NCBI RefSeq assembly: GCF_009914755.1 | Contig: NC_060947.1 | From: the human T2T-CHM13v2.0 reference genome, Homo sapiens | Length of the DNA: 64,000 bases | Strand: one strand, 5' to 3' | Shown: in pieces, positions 1-15,757 of the stretch | Layout: each line of letters begins with the position of its first letter | How positions within the stretch are numbered: the first letter of the stretch is position 1 | Translations under genes and position numbers: made by a program | The notes under the pieces: generated by a model | What the model was told of the DNA's origin: nothing | Databases searched by the model: none | Seen by the model: only the letters and a program-made list of their open reading frames with translations

Positions 1-310
1 ATTCACTTAACTAATCTTCCACTGGTCTCTGTTTAAATGTCACTTCTTCAGAGAAGACTTTCCTGACTCTCCTATCTAAAATCTCACCTCCTCATCACTC
101 TTACTCTGTTTTATTTTTCTTTACAGAATATATCACTACTTAAACTCCAATTACTTATCTCTTTCACAAGAATGTAAGCTTATTGGGAGTAGGGACTTTG
201 TATTATACAGTACTGCATTCCTAGAGCTTAAAACAGTGCCTGGCACAAAGTAGGTGGTCAACTAATATTTGTAAATGAATGTATGAGTAAATGAATAAAT
301 GAATAAATAA
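1..310 (+). mobile_element. L2 LINE 3' end
   Basis: aatgtaagct..agggactttg..acagtgcctggcacaaagtagg..aatatttgtaaatgaat followed by a (TGAA/TAAA)n tail, the typical L2 terminus. Confidence 0.85.
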
Positions 311-429
311 AAAGAAGATCAATGATAACTGGGGAAGTTAAGTATTCATAGATGACTCATAAATACCTGAAGTATTATATATGTTAATAATTAATCTCTT
401 GTCTTGTCTGTACTTTTATTGATATACTC

Positions 430-830
430 CTTCAAAAAATATTCATTGCCTACTTGTGATAGGCACTGTGCTAGGCACTACAGAGACCAAAACAAATAGG
501 ACAAGGTCATTATTTCCAACAAGAAGATTGCAGTCCAATAAGCAAAATAGACAGATAAGTAGATAATTATAAATATGATGTGACAAAATCATTAATAAAC
601 ATATGGACAAAGTGCTATGGGATCTCTGGGAAAAAAGTAATAAATTTCAGAAGAGCCATATGTCTTATTGGAGAAGAAGACATTTCATTTGTTCTTTCAA
701 CAAAAATTAATGGGGCACCTGCCGTTTGCCTACCCTGTGCTAGGTGCCAGAGACACAGCAGCAACTGTGAGTTAGGTTCAGTATAAGGAATAGCTGAGCA
801 CCAAACAAGAAGAATTTACCTTCTAGAAGA
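430..830 (-). mobile_element. two L2 3'-end fragments (about 430-660 and 685-830)
   Basis: reverse L2 terminus motifs ttcaa..tattcattgcctact..aggcactgtgctaggcact and ttcatttgttctttcaacaaa..gcacct..ctgtgctaggtgcc. Confidence 0.7.
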
Positions 831-2165
831 GCTGAAAAGAAGCTACAACCCAGGGCGTGCATGACTGCCAATGTGAGAGGCTTTATTCCAGGTAGTTGAA
901 AAGTCCAGCAAAAAGGAATTTTGGCAGCCACGTGGAAGGAGACATGTTCTGAAGAATGAAAACAAACAGACAGTTCAAATAAGCTCAAATTGACTTTGCT
1001 AAGTAACATTGCTTCAGCTCCCTGAAATGGAAAGGTGAGGCTAAAAGTACACTCTGTTCCAATGGTTAGGTCATTTTGGAGCCAGCTTCTGAGATCCCAA
1101 AGCACAGAAAAGAGGATTAATGGAATACATTTGGAATTAAAACAAATAAAAAAACTAACAACAGAGGTTGCAACAGCACATTTCAAAGTGCTGTGGTAAA
1201 GAGTGTAAGTCTAATTCCTCCAGCTACCTTTGAACGACCTCATTGCTTTCAAACTTTGTAGTTACCTGGAAGCATTTGCTTTGTAGCACAACCACTATTA
1301 TAAGTCACAATTGCAAATGCTCCAAATAACAGGCATTGATTTGTGATAGAGCTGCTTCCTGCATGGTTAGCTCTAAGTAGCATGCTCTAGAGTGACGAAT
1401 TTCAAAGATTTACAGTAGAAAAACAAAGGTGGTGTATAAAGAACTTTATTTCAACTTTGAGAATTACCACAGCTCCATATTAATCATTACAAATAAAGTC
1501 AATAATATAAATCCAAGAATAATTATTTTATTTGTTCTATTAAACTGTATTTAACAAGGTTATTGATATCTCTGAACAACATCAGTTAAGACAGCTAGTA
1601 ATAAATATAAAAGTTTGATGTGATGCATCTAAAACTTAGCACAAGCATTTAAAATATCCATAATAGATATTATCACAATGCAACATGTTACAAATCCTTC
1701 TGATATTTTGCATCTGACTATCACTCACGTCCAGAAGAGTGCAGGTGCCAAATCAATGGGCCTGAACCTTGGTTGTCCACTTGAGTAGACATGTACAGAC
1801 TGAATTCAAAGAAATACTGGACAAAACTCACACCTTTCTGAATAGTGGTGCACTTAGAGGACGATTAAATATAAAGTTCAGACATTCCAGGATCCTTACT
1901 TCAATGTCTGCATGACAAACAAATTAACCATGCAGTCCAGGTTAATTCATAACTGGTTTCCAAAAGAATCCAAATTTAGTACATCACACACACATTTGCA
2001 TAAGAATTCTGTTTTTAACTATGATAATTTGAAAACATCCTTAAGATGTATTTCAAAAATGAAGCTAAAATTAAATGTCTGTGAATTTTCTGAAGACTTT
2101 CATTAGATAAGTTTATAGTTGCCTATTAGCTTAAAAAGTAAACAGGGAGGGCAGTAACTTTAGAC

Positions 2166-2250
2166 CAGTGTTTCTCAAACTGTAGTTTATAATCCATTAA
2201 AAAGGCATAAAATGTATTTAGTGGGTGGAATGGGACCAGTAGTGTGTGTA

Positions 2251-2308
<58 letters not shown>

Positions 2309-2495
2309 GACATATATATATACACATATATATATACACACACATATATATACACACAAACATGCACACATACACACACATATATATACATATATGTATA
2401 CACACAGACACACACACACGCACACACACAAAAATACTAAGTAATAATGTACATTTTTTTTTTTACTATGGGTCGCAGCCAAAAAATTTTCAAAT
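2166..2495. mobile_element. hAT-Charlie-type MER relic interrupted by a microsatellite
   Basis: starts with the Charlie-type TIR cagtgtttctcaaactg; degenerate distal end gggtcgcagccaaaaaattttcaaa. Confidence 0.5.
2242..2430. repeat. compound (TG)n(TA)21(CA/TA)n microsatellite
   Basis: directly visible; (TA)21 at 2259-2300. Confidence 0.98.
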
Positions 2496-2984
2496 GTATT
2501 TCTTTAGACTCCATTTTCTTCTATGCAACAAGAGTTACAAATACCTCCATTTGTTTCTGAGGCCTAAATCCTCCAGGTTGCGTCTAATACTCATTTTATT
2601 TTGGCTCTTCTCTAATAAAGTTATCTCTGGTTATTTGCTTCAAGGAGACTGGCTGGGTTCCTTAATATCAGCCTTCCTGCTACACCCAATCACACACAAA
2701 CCATAGTCATTTCTGTGCTTGAGGCTTTGCTTCTCTCAGCTCTCTTGCTGCGTGTATCATTTACCTCTTCTGTATTTATCCAATTTCCATTCCCAGATCC
2801 AGCATAAGGGTGACTGATCCCATGAAGCCATCTCTGACCATATATTTCTAACTGTTCACACCAACATCTCTTTCCTCTCTTTAATTTAACCAGGATACCT
2901 ATCTTCCAAGCCATGTATCTGAATACTTAAAGAATAGTAAGAATTTCAAAGATATAAAAGACTTCAAAGTCTATTTGGTCTAAC

Positions 2985-3170
2985 TCTCTATGAGGGTGGT
3001 ACAGCTCAGGAAAATCTGCATCCAAATCACTTGGGGAGTGTATTCCAGATACAGATTTCTGGGTCTTATGACCAGACCTCTTGAATCAGGATTTAAGGGC
3101 TGGGGTATGGGAATCTGCATGTACATCATTTAGGGAGGCCCTGATGCCTAATTGAGTTTGAGAATTGAGG
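2985..3170. mobile_element. MER5A-like hAT-Charlie MITE
   Basis: ctgcatccaaatcacttgggg..cagatttctggg..ccagacctcttgaatcag..gggaatctgcat..gagtttgagaa. Confidence 0.75.
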
Positions 3171-3519
3171 GTCTTTTTTGTCCTACCACCCAGCTGAGGT
3201 ACTATTGCTTTCGCTGTTTTTCTGGGAAAAGCCTAGGGTCACTGCTTCCATTAGTACCCACTCAATTTTTCTAGTACTGTCCAGCTGGGCAGTAGGGGTT
3301 CCCATTTTGCAGATTTGTGGAGACTAAGAGCAAAATTTAGCCACCAGGCAAGAACATAATTGAGTGATAACACCTTTCCAGGACCATAGGGAACTAACTA
3401 CTGGAGCCCCCAGGACTTTCTACCTGCCTCTCTAGAATGGCCAGAGTAGCCTCCATCTGTTGCCACATGTCATGAAGCTCAAAAATATTACCTTCAAAAT
3501 CACCAGAGATTGGGCCCAT

Positions 3520-3700
3520 AATTTCAAATTCTGTATTTACAGCTCTGCAGATTATCTACTCTAAGTCTGAGTTTCCTCATCTGAAAAATGGGAATACTAG
3601 TGGTATCAATTTTGTGTGGTTATGTGAGAATTAAATATAGCAATGAACAGGAAACTGGCTGTGATACAAGAGAGGCTCACTAAATGATGGTTGTCATCAT
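3520..3700 (+). mobile_element. MIR SINE
   Basis: core ctctaagtctgagtttcctcatctgaaaaatgggaata..gtgagaattaaat. Confidence 0.8.
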
Positions 3701-3855
3701 TCCTATGGTCTTTCTGGTTCTAAATAACTTTTGACTGTTATTTTATCACCCAGGCTCAGCAGGAAACTCTAAGAAACAAAGGACTTTTTACAATTCTATG
3801 AAGGCTGATAAATTCAACTCTTATACAACTAGTCTCAGACAGCAAAAATATCTGA

Positions 3856-3911
3856 TGAACCTGGGACCTCTCTTACCCTAAGCAAGAATCATACCCCTAG
3901 ACCAACGAACC
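3856..3911 (-). pseudogene. 3'-truncated tRNA-Pro (anticodon AGG) pseudogene
   Basis: reverse complement GGTTCGTTGGTCTAGGGGTATGATTCTTGCTTAGGGTAAGAGAGGTCCCAGGTTCA matches the first 56 nt of human tRNA-Pro-AGG (as recalled) with 5 mismatches; match ends in the T loop. Confidence 0.9.
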
Positions 3912-4529
3912 AAGCTTGGCTTATATTGTAGGTGAGGATCTGTCCAATAGAAAGATTATGAATGCTACCTGATACTGAGATGTGCATCACAGAATCCCCG
4001 TAAGCCTAGGTTATATAACCTACCTTTCTCCTGTACTCATACAGTAAAACTTATACAGGGACTTAATATGTTTTCCACAAAATATGCAGATATTTAAAAC
4101 CTTGATTATTCCATGAAGCTTGATATTATCCATAAATGTAAACAACCAATATCTTGATCTATGTCACCGATATCAAGTAGTATAAAGCTCAGTATAGAAT
4201 CTGTGGGACTCCAGTACACACCTCCATAAATTAATGAGTTCTTATAGAGATGAATCATTTAGTCACTCAACAGAAGGACTGTTGGACTCATCTAACAGTC
4301 CACAAAGATGTCACAACTTTTAATAACTTGATTTCAACAGTTTTAAGCAACGTCTCTCTGCATGCTTTCAGTCTGGTAACCTTGTCAAAGGACAAAATAT
4401 TAACATAAGTCACTTTTCTGTAACTCTCATAAGACATTTTATTTGCATTATTTGTATAAACTTATGACAATGACAAGCAACTTACCAGAATTGGGAAGTT
4501 TTTCATAGTATAATATTGTATCTTACCTT

Positions 4530-5115
4530 TTTAAAAATTACTTTTTGGGGAGCATAAAGTTCTATGAGTTCCTCCATATGCATAGATTCATGTAACCATC
4601 ACCACAATCTAGGTACAGTGCAGTTTTGATGATGCCAAATTATTCCCTTATCCCCTCTGTAGTTACATCTGCCATCCCTAAACACTGGCAACCACTGATA
4701 TGTTTGCTCCTGTAGTTTTGCTTTTACTAGAATATCATGTAAATACAACTATATAGTAAGTAAGTTTTTGTCTCTGGATTCTTTTTCTTAGCATAATGTA
4801 TTTACAAATACACCCATGCTGCTATATGTATCAGTAGTTGGTTCCTTTCTATTCCTGAGTAGTATCCCATGGAATCCAAGTATCACGGTTTGCTTATCCA
4901 TTCAACCGTTGGTGAACATTTGTAATGTTTTCAGTTTTTGATGATTTTGAATAGGGATATTATAATTAATGTGCAGATTTTTATGTAAATGTAAGTTTTA
5001 AATTTTCTAGATTAAATGCTCAAAGGAGCTGTTCTGGGTCATGTGGTAAGTACAAATTTTAAAGAAACTGCCAAACTGTCTTCCAAAGTGGTTGTATAAT
5101 TTTACATTCGCCCTA
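4530..5115 (-). mobile_element. old L1M (L1MB/MC/ME-type) 3' fragment
   Basis: tgtaaccatcaccacaatc..ctggcaaccactgat..agaaactgccaaactgtcttccaaagtggttgta. Confidence 0.8.
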
Positions 5116-5134
5116 CTTCACTTGTTTCTTGTGA

Positions 5135-5510
5135 AATAAGACTGAGCTTTTGTCTCATCAATCCCACTGGTTAGAATACAGGGGCTTCATCTATGTATGC
5201 CTCATAGCACCTAGCCCCAGGCCTGGGTATAAAGCAGGTACTTGTTGAATGTCATATATAGCTATTATTGTTTTCTACCTTTCACACATGTCTTTTTAAA
5301 ATTTATTCTGTTTAATGGGTCGCTTGTAACTTGTAGAATAAAAGCTACATGCTTAAAGGTCACATTTAAAGTCTTTCATAAGCTGTTCCTCACATTACTT
5401 TCCTAGCTTCATCACCATATATCATCATAGCCCATATTCCGACAATACCAGAAAACTTCAGTTTATTCCTTCCACCTGGAATGTGCCCCCCATCTCATAC
5501 TACATCTACT
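5135..5510 (+). mobile_element. L2 fragments
   Basis: catagcacctagc..gcctgg..gcaggtacttgttgaat; ttccttccacctggaatg. Confidence 0.55.
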
Positions 5511-5559
5511 ATGAATATTGGAAATTATATTTACTAAGTAAGTATCTCAGGACAATCTA

Positions 5560-5720
5560 TGTACTATATCATATTATATCCCCATAATATTTTATTTTAT
5601 TATCTCCATTTTACAAATTTGGAAACAAAAGTTCAGATAAATTAAGTAACTTGGACAAGATCACTCAGCCAGTGAATTCTAGAGCCAGAAATCAAACAAA
5701 AGACTACAAGATAGAGCCCC
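5560..5720 (-). mobile_element. MIR SINE
   Basis: tatctccattttacaaatttggaaac..ttaagtaacttggacaagatcactcagc. Confidence 0.8.
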
Positions 5721-5777
5721 AAATCTTTTCCCTGGCATTCAAGTTTCTTCATAACCTTTTTCCAGCCTTTGTTGAAA

Positions 5778-6050
5778 GGTAATGTGCTATAGAGGTTGAG
5801 AGCATGTGTTTGGATCCAGGAAGTTTGGATCCAAACTTCCTGGGTTTGAATCTTGACTCTGCTACTTGCTGTCTGTGGGATCTTCAGTAAGTTACTTAAC
5901 TTCTGTAGGTCTCCGTTTCTGAACTGTCAACTGGGAATGATGATGTTCATAATATTAATCTGTCTCCTAGGGTTATTGTGAGGATAATACATGTTAAACT
6001 CAGTATTGTTTCTGATATACAGTAAGTAATGAACTAATATTAACTATTGG
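5778..6050 (+). mobile_element. near full-length MIR SINE containing a 28-bp palindrome
   Basis: ggttgagagcat..cctgggtttgaatcttgactctgctacttgct..aagttacttaac..gggttattgtgaggat. Confidence 0.85.
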
Positions 6051-6179
6051 TATTACTTTCTATAATCACCTTCTCTCATTCCATTACTATATATTCTGTA
6101 TTCTGCATTGTCCTGTTTCTGTGTATTAGTCTATGTCGTTGCCTGCATCTAATCTGTATGTGTAAAAACTCAATTTGTT

Positions 6180-6455
6180 TTTCTCAGCCCAGGTCAAATG
6201 CAACCCTCTTTGTAATCTTCTTGGATTACTTTTGATAGAAGCCAGCCTTTCCTTCTCAACACTTTCAGAGTAATTTGTTTACACCTCTCTCATTATAGTG
6301 CTTATCAATTTCTGCCTTTGATTAACTTGTGTAGGTACCTCTCTCTTGATTGACTGTTTATGTTCCAGAATGGAAATTTACACTTTTCTCTGTTGCTTAC
6401 AGTGTTTAGCACAATATATGACACGGGACCTTTAAGTGCAGTGAATCGTTGAATT
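6180..6455 (+). mobile_element. L2 3' end
   Basis: cagcccaggtcaaatg..tttagcacaatatatgacac..gaatcgttgaattg. Confidence 0.6.
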
Positions 6456-7199
6456 GTAATCATCTCTTTCTTGTTACGCTCAGCAGTGGCAGCTGCAGTC
6501 TGCAATAAGCTGATGGAAGTTTCATTCTGAAGTTAAGCCTGCCAAGCCTTTCACCGCCTCTTTGCAGACACTTTTATTTTGTGTTAATATTTTCTATATG
6601 GGTATCTTTAAACCAAAGCCCAGCAGTTGAAGGTGACTAGAATAGGCCTAGCCTAGGCAAGCCACCCTGTAGTTAGTAGTTGTTTCAAACTTTGGAGTCT
6701 TCCCTTACAGTGGAGATGGGGGTGAGGAGCTCCTCTAATTTCTTGACACTGATACAGACATTGAGTCTGATGACACCACATGCTCCCAGTAAATTACACA
6801 GATCAGGGGCTCTCCAGATTTCTGCCATCTGGGGTAGCTTCCAAATCAGCCCTATTTGATTTCATCTAGGACCAGACACAAACACTCTTAAACATAAATA
6901 CAAGTATTGCTCAGCCTTCTGCTTCTGAAAGGAGTCAGTCATAAGTCTCTCAGAATGCCCAGTCCTCTGATATCTGTTGAGGTGGAGAAGGAGAGCCAGT
7001 GGGAAGTATGGATAGACATGGCTGGGTATAAAAGGGAACCTAGACTGATGAGGATAGCCTTTTAATGTTTCCATGCCCAAAACATTGAGGATGAGTTCAG
7101 CAGGAGAACTATTATTTATTAAGCTTGTTGCATTCATGTGTTCCTCCATCCGTATTAAAAAATATATTGTCTTCGGACTCATGACATCTTAGCATACTG

Positions 7200-7500
7200 T
7201 CCTCCATCCCTTTTCTTTGCTATCACTTATGTACTTTCTAGTCAGTCTCTTCATTTATTGTAGACATTGGCACCTGGCTTACTGTCTTCATCCCTGCTAT
7301 CATCCTGGAAGACAAATTCTAAGAGATGATCCAGCTAACATCTGGGCTCTTGGGTCCTTTGACTTCTTCATCAGTAGTGATTTTGTTCTACATCTCTTTT
7401 CAACCACCTTGGCTATTGTCATCACCCAGAACTACTCCACTCTTGAAATACTAAATGTAAACATCCAGTTACTATCACACATCCTTTCAGGTTTCTTTTC
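7200..7500 (+). mobile_element. L2 internal (ORF2) fragment
   Basis: gatgatccagct..ccttgacttcttcatc..ttgtcatcacccagaactactccactcttgaaat. Confidence 0.5.
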
Positions 7501-8654
7501 AGTTACTCCCAGGAGAGCTCTCTGCATCATTCATATTTAAGCAGTTAGGGTGAAAAAATCTTGTTTATATCACATAATCTTGTTTATAATGTCTCCAAAA
7601 GGCAGGAGCCAGGCCCTCAGTACCCTTCCTTCCCCCCACCACCAACCTTAGTCCACTCCAGTGGAAGCTCATATTACAAATAAACTTCTTCCCCAGTCTG
7701 AAAAAGAACACCTAGGCCAAGCCACTATGGCCATGGCCTCTCAGCTATTGATCATTGTTAAAAATTAACCAATGATTAGGTTTAACAGCCCCAGTCTCTT
7801 GAAACTAGGGCTAGAGTGTGTGAGTATAACAGTGATCTTCCTAGAGTATTACGTGAAGGGCACTGGGGGAGAATTGTCCTTGGGGTCCTTAAATCCCCAA
7901 GCAAATGCCATTTTTAAATAAGACTTTCTCCCTTTGGTTACCAGAATGGTATTTTAATTATTTTGAAGCCTTTAGGCCTTAAATGAAAAGTGGACCAAAA
8001 CAATTTTATTATAATGCAACAATTTGATTGGCTCAAATAATTTATTTCAAATATAAGAGTGGCTTTTAGCAATGTAATTGAGAAGGGCTGATAAATTACT
8101 ATTGTCTGGGAAACCAAGGTCTTGAATACCTGGATGCTCTTGGTAAGAGTTGTGACTATGCCCTGGGCCTTTCCTCCATTGAAGCCTGAAGGAACAGGAT
8201 ATATTTCCAGTGTCAGATATTGTTATCCCAGACAGAACCTTCAGTTCCAATTGCTTTCTATAACCAGAAAAGACAGACCCATCTTTCTGGAGATCTGGAG
8301 GTTGCTGTAAATTATGTTCACCATTCCTTTCTACAGTCTGTCCAAATGAGAGAAATTCTAATCCTTTTCTCCCCTCTCATCTAGGCAAGAGGATACTCTA
8401 AAATTTGCCTTGTTTTACTCACTTCTGGCCAATCTGTGCTTTCTGTATAAAGGGCCCTTCATTAAGAAGGGGGAAAATGGTACTTTTAGTTCAACTTTTG
8501 GAACTATAAACTTGGTCATAACCAGATAAGAACGGATGTGGGAGGGGTAGAATTGGGAGGACAAGTGGAGCTACCGGAACTACCACTGGAGTGCATGAGA
8601 GGAGTCTGGGGACCACATCCACTGCCACAGTCCAAAATTCTCTCTAAAATACCA

Positions 8655-8855
8655 TAATATAGTAGGGGATACATTGCCCTAGCATCATAATACCTGGGTT
8701 TTAAATCCTAACGCTACCATTTTTCAGTTTTGTACGCTTGGGCAAGATATTTCATCTATCTGAGTCTCAGATTCTCCACTTGTAAAATGGGGATACTACT
8801 TGCCTTATAAAGTTATAGTCAATTCTAAATGAAATGATCAGTATAAAAGCATTTG
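8655..8855 (+). mobile_element. MIR SINE
   Basis: acctgggttttaaatcct..cttgggcaag..tgagtctcagattctccacttgtaaaatgggga. Confidence 0.8.
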
Positions 8856-9104
8856 CCTTATTCCTCCATTCAGAATATTTGTCAGGAATGTGACAGGGAA
8901 TTCCACCTGATTAGCAATGTACTCAGAGGCCCAAGGGTAACAGAAACAACAGGTAGGGATGTTGAGTCTTGTTCTGTACTCTGGCTTGTAGTCTGGTCCC
9001 CTAGGGCCAGATGAGGCAGTATTTACTCAAGAAACTGTACTTGAGTACTCTGAATCCCCAGACTGGACTATGTTTTCCCACTGATATGTTTTCAAGATCT
9101 AGTA

Positions 9105-9300
9105 ACTAAAAGTGTAGATTTAGGAGTCAGACTGACTGGGTTCAAATTTTGCCCCATCACTTTCCAACTATTGTGCAAATGGCTTAACTTCTCAGGCTTC
9201 AATGTGTAAAATAGGGATAATAATGCAGTACATATTTAAAGTGCTTAATAGAACAGTGCCTTGTACATTAGAAGTGCTGCAGAAGTTATTCACTTTTATT
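9105..9300 (+). mobile_element. MIR SINE
   Basis: ggagtcagactgactgggttcaaat..tgtaaaatagggataataat..gaacagtgcc. Confidence 0.8.
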
Positions 9301-10475
9301 ACCATCATCTCAATGTTTGTTGAAATGCATTACCCTCACCTATTATTAGTTTGTGACATATACCCCCACTTGGCAGGGAACTCATCCAATGCAAATAACA
9401 CATATGTGTAAAAACTTCAAACAAGGCTACACGAATAAAATATGAATGAACATCCTCTTTATTTTACCTCCAGAGATAACCACAATTTTCTTGTATATGT
9501 TTATGATCTTTGAAAATACATGTATGAGATCATACTACATATACTGTTTTATCACCTGCCTTACTAAGTTAACAAAGAATTGTGGCAGTCTTTTCTTGCA
9601 AAATCTTTTTCTCAGTTTCAAAAATTCTGAGGTCACTTTTAAGATCATTGTTAATATTTTAGTATAAGATGATTGAGAAAATAGTTACATACAAAATGTC
9701 ACAGTAACTGTATCACAGTCATGTTTAAAAATGTTTGAAAAATTGCAACTCCTGTATGTGTAAGACACATTTTTTATGTATCATAGATATGTACCTATAG
9801 ATTAAAAGAGTCCTCACTCTATCTCTGGAATGCCAGAGGGATCTATAACCTTGAGGATAGAGCCCGTGATGCAATCAAATTGGTACTTCCAGATCTGACA
9901 GTCTATGGCTATATGTTGGATGGTAGATATTTGTGGGTCTTGGTGGGTTTCCTTTTGCTAATCAATATCTTGAGCTGGCCTTGGGTGTCATTTAAAACTG
10001 CCTTGTTGTTCAAGAACAAGGCTTCCATGTGGGCTAGGCAGTTGGGAGGGAGAAAGAGAGGGAGGAGCAAGAAGAGAGGGTGGAAAATACAACCACCCCA
10101 GAGTCCACTAGAAGACCCATCAGAGCAAATCTGCTGCCAGTGAGATGATGGAGATTTAGTTGTGAGAAGGAGAAGATGTTTGGGCACTGAAAATTGTGTA
10201 GCTCTTGAGGAGGCTTGGAGAAAACATTGATAAAGCTTTTGAAACAATGCTTTGCTTTCATGTTACAAATAAAAAAAAGTAATGAGACAAAAATGAAAGT
10301 CTCTCACTGCTCCTCTAGACTAGACATCAAGATATACTTAGAAGTCATAAACATAATGCTCTTCTATTGAAGTATTTGACCTTCATTCATTCTTCTATAC
10401 TGAATAGAGGCTAAACACTTGGACAGCACCATCCTTAGGGTAAATCTTTGGATGCAGAGCATTAAGTTACCTTTT

Positions 10476-10865
10476 TGTCAGTTAGGATCCTGGCAGGAAA
10501 CAAATGGCATGCTCAAATTGGGAATTTGTGCTGAGATTTAATAGAAAAATAATTACAGAAGATGCAAATAGGGTAGTGTAGTACCTTGGAACTATAACAG
10601 TAGGGGTATACCCACCATTCTAGACCTAAAGAAGTGAAAAGAGACGCAGTGAAAATGTAGCCCAGCCATGGCAAAACCTTCCCCACAAGAGGGTAAGTGG
10701 TGGAAATAAATACCCTAACTTCACTATCTCCACCTCATCTTATCTCCTTCCAGAGCACCTCAGCAGCCAAACCCAACCAGAAACTACACTCTGGTCAGTC
10801 TCCTCATGCACAGAGGAGGGTGGAACATGGATCTGGAAGGCCAAACAAAAGGTATGCAAGCCACT
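10476..10865 (-). mobile_element. ERVL solo LTR, LTR33-like
   Basis: gttaggatcctggcaggaaacaaatggcatgctcaaa..gccaaacccaaccagaa..tggatctggaaggccaaaca. Confidence 0.7.
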
Positions 10866-12059
10866 GTATGCCATTTTTTTTTAATTCCTAGAAAATCAGA
10901 GTTAGAGAAGCTTTTAGTACAGGATTTTTATATGGAGAAACTAAGGTCCACAAAGGAAAAGTGACCGGCCCAGTGTCAAATACAAACCAGTGGCAGATTC
11001 AGGGAATTATTTTATCTTATTTTATAGATCCCATTTCAACCCTTTGGGTCACTTTTATGATTGATATCGTTTTTAGCAATTGCATGTTCTTTTCAAAATA
11101 AACACAACAAAATATTACAGAGATGAAAACAGATGTTAAAGGCATGATTTACTTTATGAAATGGAAGTTTTCCTGAAAAGGAAAAAAGCCTATAAAACAA
11201 ATTGTGCTTTATAACTGAATTCTAAGAAATAATTGAGGACATATTCTGATAAGCAATTAGTTTTTAGACACCAACTTTGTAACAAAAGTAACAAATGACC
11301 ATGTAATAAGTGATATACAAAAATGCAATTTTAAAAGACTCAATAATAAACATAACAATACCTCAAATAAAATTCAAAATTTATTAAGAGAAATTATAGA
11401 ACATAATGACTATTAGCAATATGTTTACAACAGTTTAGTAAACTCATTTTTCCAAAACTAGAAAGTTGTTACAAGTAATATATTTAAAGGAAAATTGAAT
11501 TTCCCCTTAAGCATTAATACTCAAAATGTCACAAAGAACAAATACCAAAATGAAATTTAAAATATCATACTGGAAACTGAACTCCCTTGGAAAGACAGTT
11601 ACATATTAGAATATGTATTGTGCATGTTGAATGGACATTTAAAGGTGGTCAATGACTCCCTTTCTATCCCTAAGTAAAAATGCTCTTTTAAATTAAATCT
11701 TCAAGCATTCGCTTGTTCCTTTTGGAATAGTTATATTCTAGGAAATTCCTTAATTTCTGTTATTTCTCATTTCAGGTAAGAACAGTTAATTACTCTGCCT
11801 GTGTTTAGACAGTATTCTTTGCAAAACTCCATGGTGACACTACCATAGTTCATTGCAGTTCCCATTAAATAGAAAATTTCCAGGTTAATTTGTGTTTCTC
11901 TAGGTCACACTGCAGTAGAATTTTAAGTAAGTCATTTCTCTAGTCTTCCTTCTTGCTCAGTGTTTAAGGGCTTCAAACTCCCTTCATGTTTGTTATTTTT
12001 TCCAATTCTTTCTTTCATGATTTTGTGCAATATATTGACAATAAATGAGGTTTATGCAG

Positions 12060-12270
12060 TTGGGAAGGAACCAAGTTAAATCCTGGTAATATGACCTATC
12101 AGCTTTTGACCTTGACAAAATTACTTTTAATTTCTTTGGGCCTCACTTTTCTAAAGACTAACAAAGTAACTAACTTATACAATTGTTCTGAGGATTAAAT
12201 GAGATAATACACATAAAAGCTTTCAATACAGTACCTGACACATAAGAAGTGTTTGATAAACAATATATGT
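12060..12270 (+). mobile_element. MIR SINE
   Basis: tgaccttgacaaaattact..gggcctcactttt..tgaggattaaatgagataatac..cagtacctgacacata. Confidence 0.8.
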
Positions 12271-12415
12271 ATTTTAAAAATAGTTAAAAAGCAAGATCTT
12301 TGAGTCTCTACTAGCTAATGAGGTTTATACTTTCTATGCTTTGTATATTTAATGTACAGAAGCCAAGCTATATGTTAGCAGACAAGAGAAGCATACACCT
12401 TCATCCTTTGGTGTT

Positions 12416-15428
<3,013 letters not shown>

Positions 15429-15757
15429 TAGAGGTTTTATGAGGAAATCTATCTCATATTTTTTAAAAATTGTCTTCCTCAATTATTTAAAAATGAGTAC
15501 ATAAAGATCTGGAGCATGGAACAAATACAGATGGCATTTATTTGCCATGCTGTATTTAGTATCATTTCTCCTATCCAGTTGAGACACTGTTATTGAGCTA
15601 GTCTTGTCTTGTTGACCCTTTCTTCTCTTAGGGTGTGTTTTTCCCTAAAAATTACTTTTTTGTTTACCTGCAGAAAACATATCCCTGGTAGGCTTATCAC
15701 ACTTCCTGCAATGTCTGAATCTCAATTGTGAACCCAAGTTCTATTGAAACTGGGATC

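Noticed and set aside
2126-2706. Several overlapping ORFs rich in YI/CV/HT
   Set aside because: They are translations of the dinucleotide microsatellite, not genes.
9880-10261. Overlapping ORFs with a hydrophobic then basic stretch
   Set aside because: The composition is explained by a purine-rich tract; there is no evidence of coding.
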